Below are positions 56,700-64,000 of a DNA stretch of 64,000 nucleotides, piece by piece. A program made the translations under genes and the position numbers. The notes beneath the pieces were generated by a model. It had not been told where the DNA came from and did no database searches. It saw only the letters and a list, made by a program, of their open reading frames with translations. Position 1 is the first letter of the stretch, and each line of letters starts with the position of its first letter. This DNA comes from an uncultured delta proteobacterium (GTDB taxonomy: Bacteria > Myxococcota > Myxococcia > Myxococcales > Anaeromyxobacteraceae), in contig CAWJSR010000057.1 of the NCBI GenBank assembly GCA_963845515.1, forward strand, positions 64,001-128,000. Reading direction: 5' to 3'.

Positions 56700-58610
56700 T
56701 CAGACCTGCTTGAACTCCGCGTCGACCACGTCGCCCTGCTTCTCCCCCTCGGGCTTGGGAGCCCCGCCCTCGGGGGCGACGCCCGGGGCGGCGCCGGGGG
56801 CGCCTTCGGCCGGGGCGGTCTTGTAGAGCTCCTCGGCGGCCTTGTGGCTCGCCTTCTCCAGCCGCTCCATCGCCGCCTTGATCTCCTCCGCGCTCCCCTT
56901 CTCGCGGAGCTTGTGGACCTCGGCGATGCCCTCTTCGATCTCCTTGGCGATCTCGGCCGGGATCTTCTCCTTGTTCTCCTTCAGGAGCTTCTCCATCTGG
57001 TACGCGAGGTTCTCGGCGCGGTTGCGGATCTCGACCTCCTCGCGCCGCGTCTTGTCCTCCGCCTCGTGCGACTGGGCGTCGGCCACCATCTTCTCCACCT
57101 CGTCCTTCGCGAGCCCCGAGCTGTGGCTGATGGTGATCTTGGTCTCCTTGCCGGTCCCCTTGTCCTTCGCGGAGACGTTGAGGATGCCGTTCGCGTCGAT
57201 GTCGAAGGTGACCTCGACCTGCGGGACGCCGCGCGGCGCGGGCGGGATCCCCTCCAGGTGGAAGCGCCCGAGGGTCCGGTTGTCGCGGGCCATCTCGCGC
57301 TCGCCCTGGAGCACGTGGATCTCGACCGAGGTCTGGCTGTCAGAGGCGGTGGAGTAGGTCTCCGCCTTCTTGCACGGGATGGTCGTGTTCCGCTCGATCA
57401 TGCGGGTCATCACGCCGCCGAGCGTCTCGACGCCGAGAGAGAGCGGCGTGACGTCGAGGAGGAGGATGTCCTTCACCTCGCCGGAGAGCACGCCGGCCTG
57501 GATGGCGGCGCCGACCGCGACCACCTCGTCCGGGTTGACGGTCCGGTTCGGCTCCTTGCCGAAGTACTTCTTCACGGACTCGATGATGGCCGGCATGCGG
57601 GTCTGGCCGCCGACCATGACGATCTCGTCGATCTGCTTCGGCTCGAGCTTCGCGTCGGCGAGGCACTTGCGCGTGGGCTCCAGCGACCGCTCGATGAGCG
57701 GCGCCACCATCTGCTCCAGCTTGGCGCGGGAGAGCTTGATGGCCAGGTGCTTCGGGCCGGTCTGGTCCGCCGTCAGGAACGGCAGGTTGATCTCGCTCTC
57801 CAGCATCGAGGAGAGCTCGATCTTGGCCTTCTCCGCGGCCTCCTTGAGGCGCTGGAGGACCATCTTGTCCTTCGAGACGTCGAGGCCGGAGTCCTTCTTG
57901 AACTCCGCGATCAGCCAGTCGATGATCGTCTGGTCGATGTTGTCGCCGCCGAGGTGGGTGTCACCGTTGGTCGCGAGCACCTCCACCACGTTCTCGCCCA
58001 CCTCGAGGATCGAGATGTCGAACGTGCCGCCGCCGAAGTCGTAGACGGCGATCTTCTCGTTCTTCTTCTTGTCGAGGCCGTAGGCGAGCGCCGCCGCGGT
58101 CGGCTCGTTGACGATGCGCCGGACCGTGAGCCCCGCGATCTCGCCCGCGTCCTTCGTGGCCTGCCGCTGGGCATCGTTGAAGTAGGCCGGGACCGTGATG
58201 ACGGCGTCGGTCACCTTGTCGCCCAGGTAGGTCTCCGCCGCACGCTTCAGCTTGAGGAGCACCTGGGCGCTGATCTCGGGGGGAGAGTTCGGCTTGCCGT
58301 CGATGTCGACGCGGGCGTCCCCACCCTGCCCCTCGACGACCTTGTACGGGACGCGCCTCGACTCCTCCGAGACCTCGGAGAAGCGACGCCCCATGAAGCG
58401 CTTGATGGAATAGATGGTCCGCTCGGGGTTGGTGATGGCCTGCCGCTTTGCCACCTGTCCGACCAGCCGCTCACCGTCCTTCGTGTAGGCCACCACGGAC
58501 GGCGTGATCCGCGAACCCTCCTCGTTGGCGATGACGACGGGGTCCTTCCCCTCCATCACTGCCACGACGGAGTTGGTCGTACCCAGGTCGATGCCGATGA
58601 TCTTGCCCAT
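56700..58610 (-). CDS. dnaK: chaperone DnaK
   Basis: [45 protein letters not shown]. Confidence 0.98.
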   Translation of the reverse strand: MGKIIGIDLGTTNSVVAVMEGKDPVVIANEEGSRITPSVVAYTKDGERLVGQVAKRQAITNPERTIYSIKRFMGRRFSEVSEESRRVPYKVVEGQGGDARVDIDGKPNSPPEISAQVLLKLKRAAETYLGDKVTDAVITVPAYFNDAQRQATKDAGEIAGLTVRRIVNEPTAAALAYGLDKKKNEKIAVYDFGGGTFDISILEVGENVVEVLATNGDTHLGGDNIDQTIIDWLIAEFKKDSGLDVSKDKMVLQRLKEAAEKAKIELSSMLESEINLPFLTADQTGPKHLAIKLSRAKLEQMVAPLIERSLEPTRKCLADAKLEPKQIDEIVMVGGQTRMPAIIESVKKYFGKEPNRTVNPDEVVAVGAAIQAGVLSGEVKDILLLDVTPLSLGVETLGGVMTRMIERNTTIPCKKAETYSTASDSQTSVEIHVLQGEREMARDNRTLGRFHLEGIPPAPRGVPQVEVTFDIDANGILNVSAKDKGTGKETKITISHSSGLAKDEVEKMVADAQSHEAEDKTRREEVEIRNRAENLAYQMEKLLKENKEKIPAEIAKEIEEGIAEVHKLREKGSAEEIKAAMERLEKASHKAAEELYKTAPAEGAPGAAPGVAPEGGAPKPEGEKQGDVVDAEFKQV

Positions 58611-58741
58611 TGAACTCCTCCTGATGACGGGCAACGTAAGTACGCGCAGCCACCTGTCAAACCGCCGATATGCATATTTACGGACCCGGCCGAGCCGCGT
58701 AGGCGGCTACGCAGCCGCCACCCTGCCGCGGCGCACTAAGG

Positions 58742-58824
58742 TGACACTTTAGGGTCATCATTTCCTACAACCAGTTGATTATCCTCACGCCCCGATCATG
58801 ACGCAGCGTGGCATCGCCCTTGCT
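58742..58824 (+). promoter_or_regulatory. sigma54 promoter with IHF site and upstream palindrome
   Basis: TGAC-N8-GTCA (58742-58757); IHF consensus AATCAACTGGTTG on minus (58768-58780); TGGCAT-N5-TTGCT (58809-58824). Confidence 0.65.
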
Positions 58825-58844
58825 GCACCAGAGACCGGCCCCAA

Positions 58845-59933
58845 GTGACCCTCCGCTCCTCGACCTCTCCGTCCCCCGCGCGCGCCGTCTCGGCCGCGCC
58901 TAGACCCGCGCCGGGCGGCGTGCCCGCGGTCCTACTGAACGCGCACGCCAAACGGGTCACGCCCCGCGTGCGGGCGGCCGTCGAGGCGGCCGTAGGCGAC
59001 GAGAACGTCTTCCTTTCCCGAGACCTCGACGACGCCGACGCCATCGCGGCGCGGGTGATCGCGGCGGGGTACGGGACGGTCTTCGCCGCCGGCGGCGACG
59101 GCACCTTCGTGGGCTGGGTGAACCGGCTCGTCCGCGAGGCGGGGCGCCAGCACCGTCCCGTGCCGTGCTTCGGGATCCTGGCGCTCGGCACCGGGAACGC
59201 GGTCGCCGGCCTCGTCGGCACCACCTCCCGCACCTTCCTGGACGACCTCGCGCGCTTCGTCCGTGGCGATGCCATCGCGACGCGCTCCATAGATCTCGTG
59301 GACTGCGAGGGGCGCCACACCCCCTTCGCCGGGACGGGCGCGGACGCGGCCGTCATCAACGACTACAACTGGCTCCGGCTCCGCCTCCGCGACACGCCGC
59401 TTAAGGCGCTGGGGACCGGCGCCGCCGGCTTCGGCCTCGCGGCGGCGCTCCGCACCGCGCCCCGCCACCTCCTCGAGCGGCTGCCCTACTGCGAGATCGT
59501 CAACGCGGGCAGGCCGGCGTGGCGGCTCGATGTGGACGGCGCGCGGCTCGGACGGGAGATCCCCAGCGGCGATCTGCTCTACGCCGGCCCGTGCCTGATG
59601 GCCGCGGCCAGCACCGTGCCGTTCTGGGGGCTCGGCATCCGCGCGTTCCCCTTCGCGGGCACCGCCGCGGGCGCGATGCACCTCAGGGTGGCCAGCCGGA
59701 TCCCGGTGCCGACCGTTCTGCTCAACCTCCCGCGCATCTGGAGCGGCGCGTTCCGCCACCCCGGGCTCCACGACTTCCACGCCGACCGCGTCACGCTCCG
59801 CTTCGACAGGCCGGCCCCGCTGCAGATCGGCGGCGACGCGGAGGGGCTCCGGGAGACGGTGACGATGGGCGTCGTCTCCGAGCCGATAGAGGTGGTCGAC
59901 TTCTCCGGCGTCGCTCGGCGCGGCCTCCGCTGA
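58845..59933 (+). CDS. diacylglycerol kinase (YegS/DAGK)-family protein
   Basis: VLLNAHA, AAGGDGT, LALGTGNA, FAGTGADA, LQIGGD. Confidence 0.85.
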   Translation: MTLRSSTSPSPARAVSAAPRPAPGGVPAVLLNAHAKRVTPRVRAAVEAAVGDENVFLSRDLDDADAIAARVIAAGYGTVFAAGGDGTFVGWVNRLVREAGRQHRPVPCFGILALGTGNAVAGLVGTTSRTFLDDLARFVRGDAIATRSIDLVDCEGRHTPFAGTGADAAVINDYNWLRLRLRDTPLKALGTGAAGFGLAAALRTAPRHLLERLPYCEIVNAGRPAWRLDVDGARLGREIPSGDLLYAGPCLMAAASTVPFWGLGIRAFPFAGTAAGAMHLRVASRIPVPTVLLNLPRIWSGAFRHPGLHDFHADRVTLRFDRPAPLQIGGDAEGLRETVTMGVVSEPIEVVDFSGVARRGLR

Positions 59934-59939
59934 CCTGCC

Positions 59940-60221
59940 TCACAGCGCGTAGACGACGCGCCCGTCCTGCTTGAGCGCGACGTAGATCGCCAGCCGCTCC
60001 TCCTCGGAGCGGAGCATCACCGTGATCGTGACCGAGAGGTACTTGCCGCCGGCGCTGGCGCGCACCGTCACCCGCTCCGCCGGGACGTCCTCGACCACGC
60101 GGGCGACCAGCCTCCTCGCGTGCTCGGGGAAGTCGTCCGCGGCGAGTCCCATTATCTTGAGGGTGTACTCCGCCGGGTAGCTGAAGCCGGCGCCGCCAGC
60201 ACCCGGGGAGCCCTGGGTCAC
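59940..60221 (-). CDS. DUF493/YbeD-family protein
   Basis: YPAEYTLKIMG, RASAGGKYLSVTI, IYVALKQDGRVVYAL; GTGA overlap with the upstream gene. Confidence 0.85.
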   Translation of the reverse strand: MTQGSPGAGGAGFSYPAEYTLKIMGLAADDFPEHARRLVARVVEDVPAERVTVRASAGGKYLSVTITVMLRSEEERLAIYVALKQDGRVVYAL

Positions 60222-61537
60222 AGCAGGTTCGCAGCGAGCTCGGCGAGCGCGCTGCGCTCCCCCTTGCCGAGGGTGATGTGGCCGGCGAGCCGCTCGCTCT
60301 TGAAGCGGTTCACGACGTGGATGAGCCCGTTGTTGGTCTGATCGACGTAGGGGTTGTCGATCTGGTACGGGTCGCCGGTCAGCACGATCTTGGTCCCGTC
60401 GCCGACGCGCGTGATGATGGTCTTCACCTCGTGCGGCGTCAGGTTCTGGGCCTCGTCGACGATGATGAACTGGTTCGGGATCGAGCGACCGCGGATGTAG
60501 GTGAGCGGCTCGATCTCGAGGATCCCGAGGTCCATCAGCTCGTGGTATCCGCGCCCCTGCTTCTTCTCGGAGCGCGACAGGTTCATCAGGTACTCGACGT
60601 TGTCGAAGATCGGCTGCATCCAGGGGTTGAGCTTCTCCTCCACGTCCCCCGGCAGGTAGCCGATGTCCTTGCCCAGCGGGAAGATCGGCCGGGAGACGAG
60701 CAGCTTCTGGTAGACCCCCTCCTCCATCGTCTTCTGGAGCCCGGCCGCGATGGCGAGCAGCGTCTTGCCGGTGCCGGCCTTGCCGACCATCGTCACCAGA
60801 CGGACCTCGTCGTTGAGCAGGAGGTCGAGCGCGAAGGTCTGCTCCTTGTTGCGCCCGCGGATCCCCCAGACCCCCTCCTTCGGCGACTTGATGAGCTGGA
60901 CGAAGGCCTGCCGGGCCGCGCTGTACTTGCCCACCGCGGAGTGCTGCGGATTGGCGCGATCGCGGATCAGCACGAAGGCGTTGGGGGGCGGCGGCTCGAT
61001 CCCCTCGGGGCACGGGATCGCGCCCTGTGCGTAGAACTCGTCGACGAGCTCCGGCTCGACGTCGACCTCCGCCACGCCGCTCCAGACCTCGTCGATCTCG
61101 ACGCCCTCGACGTCGTAGTCCTCCGCCCGCAGCCCGAGCGCGTCGGCCCGGATGCGGAGGTTGGTGTCCTTGGTCACGAAGAGGGTCGGCTTGCCCTTCT
61201 CTGCATCCTGCAGCCAGAGCGCGACCGCGAGGATCTTGTCGTCGGTCGTCTTGCTGTCCTGCAGCCCCGGGACGTGCCGCTCCGCCATCAGGACGCGGAT
61301 GGCCCCCTTGCCGTCGCCGAGCGACACCCCCTCCTTGAGCTTCCCCTTCTCCCGGAACTCGTCGAGGTAGCGGGAGACCTGGCGCGCGTTCCTCCCCAGC
61401 GTGGAGAGGTCGCGCTTGAAGTTGTCGATCTCCTCGATGACGTAGATGGGGACGACGACGTCGTTGTCGTCGAAGCCGAAGAGCGATCTGGGATCGTGGA
61501 GGAGAACGTTTGTGTCGAGTACGAAGTTCTTCTTCAC
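60218..61537 (-). CDS. PIN-PhoH (PhoH2/YlaK-like) ATPase-ribonuclease
   Basis: FVLDTNVLLHDP (PIN), VTKDTNLRIRA, GKAGTGKT, IGYLPG, RGRS, DEAQN, GDPYQID. Confidence 0.92.
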   Translation of the reverse strand: MKKNFVLDTNVLLHDPRSLFGFDDNDVVVPIYVIEEIDNFKRDLSTLGRNARQVSRYLDEFREKGKLKEGVSLGDGKGAIRVLMAERHVPGLQDSKTTDDKILAVALWLQDAEKGKPTLFVTKDTNLRIRADALGLRAEDYDVEGVEIDEVWSGVAEVDVEPELVDEFYAQGAIPCPEGIEPPPPNAFVLIRDRANPQHSAVGKYSAARQAFVQLIKSPKEGVWGIRGRNKEQTFALDLLLNDEVRLVTMVGKAGTGKTLLAIAAGLQKTMEEGVYQKLLVSRPIFPLGKDIGYLPGDVEEKLNPWMQPIFDNVEYLMNLSRSEKKQGRGYHELMDLGILEIEPLTYIRGRSIPNQFIIVDEAQNLTPHEVKTIITRVGDGTKIVLTGDPYQIDNPYVDQTNNGLIHVVNRFKSERLAGHITLGKGERSALAELAANLL

Positions 61538-61597
61538 GCCGCCGCCTCGCCGTAGGGGACGCCGGGAGCGGCGTCCCCGCGATACTAGCAAGAAAGC

Positions 61598-63893
<2,296 letters not shown>

Positions 63894-63897
<4 letters not shown>

Positions 63898-64000
63898 GGC
63901 GGGGTCCGTACCTCTCCATCGGTCAGGATTACGATCTCGCCGGGGCGCACGAAGCGAAGCTCCTCGCGCACGGCGCGCTCGATCGCCTCGGGGTCGCTCC
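63894..64000 (-). CDS. ftsB: FtsB/DivIC septum formation initiator, C-terminal part
   Basis: Manual translation SDPEAIERAVREELRFVRPGEIVILTDGEVRTPP*; ATGA overlap with the cyclase. Confidence 0.8.

Noticed and set aside
58611..58760. CIRCE element upstream of dnaK
   Set aside because: No TTAGCACTC-N9-GAGTGCTAA; the nearby palindrome has a different sequence

Overview
High-GC chromosomal window, mostly housekeeping genes. Gene order and protein sequences look like an Anaeromyxobacter-like myxobacterium (inference, no search run). Minus-strand operons: icd-mdh-sucC-sucD'; lepA-lepB-DUF4845-like-pyrR-pyrB-pyrC-carA-hypothetical-ydjC; imuA-imuB-dnaE2; regB-regA and trxA; psuG-rnd; a compact sigma-70 factor followed by an isolated sctL-sctN-sctO (fliH/I/J-like) module; tRNA(Thr-Tyr-Gly-Thr)-tuf-rpmG-tRNA(Trp)-secE-nusG-rplKAJL-rpoBC; rimK-like, tandem YHS protein, dnaK; ftsB'-GAF/GGDEF cyclase-PIN/PhoH-DUF493. 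Plus strand: class II ribonucleotide reductase nrdJ with tandem NrdR boxes, DUF721, CAP lipoprotein, Slt-type transglycosylase, and a DAGK-like gene behind a sigma54/IHF promoter. The one clearly accessory stretch is about 15.7-18.8 kb. It holds a RelE remnant, REP-like hairpins, an Fe-S membrane protein, an orphan ORF and an IS110/IS1111-type element. That element sits exactly in the dnaE2 stop codon, and its 3' non-coding region folds like a bridge/seek RNA whose two target guides match the reconstructed empty site. Several genes carry single-base frameshifts that look like assembly indels. No CRISPR array, rRNA or prophage was seen.
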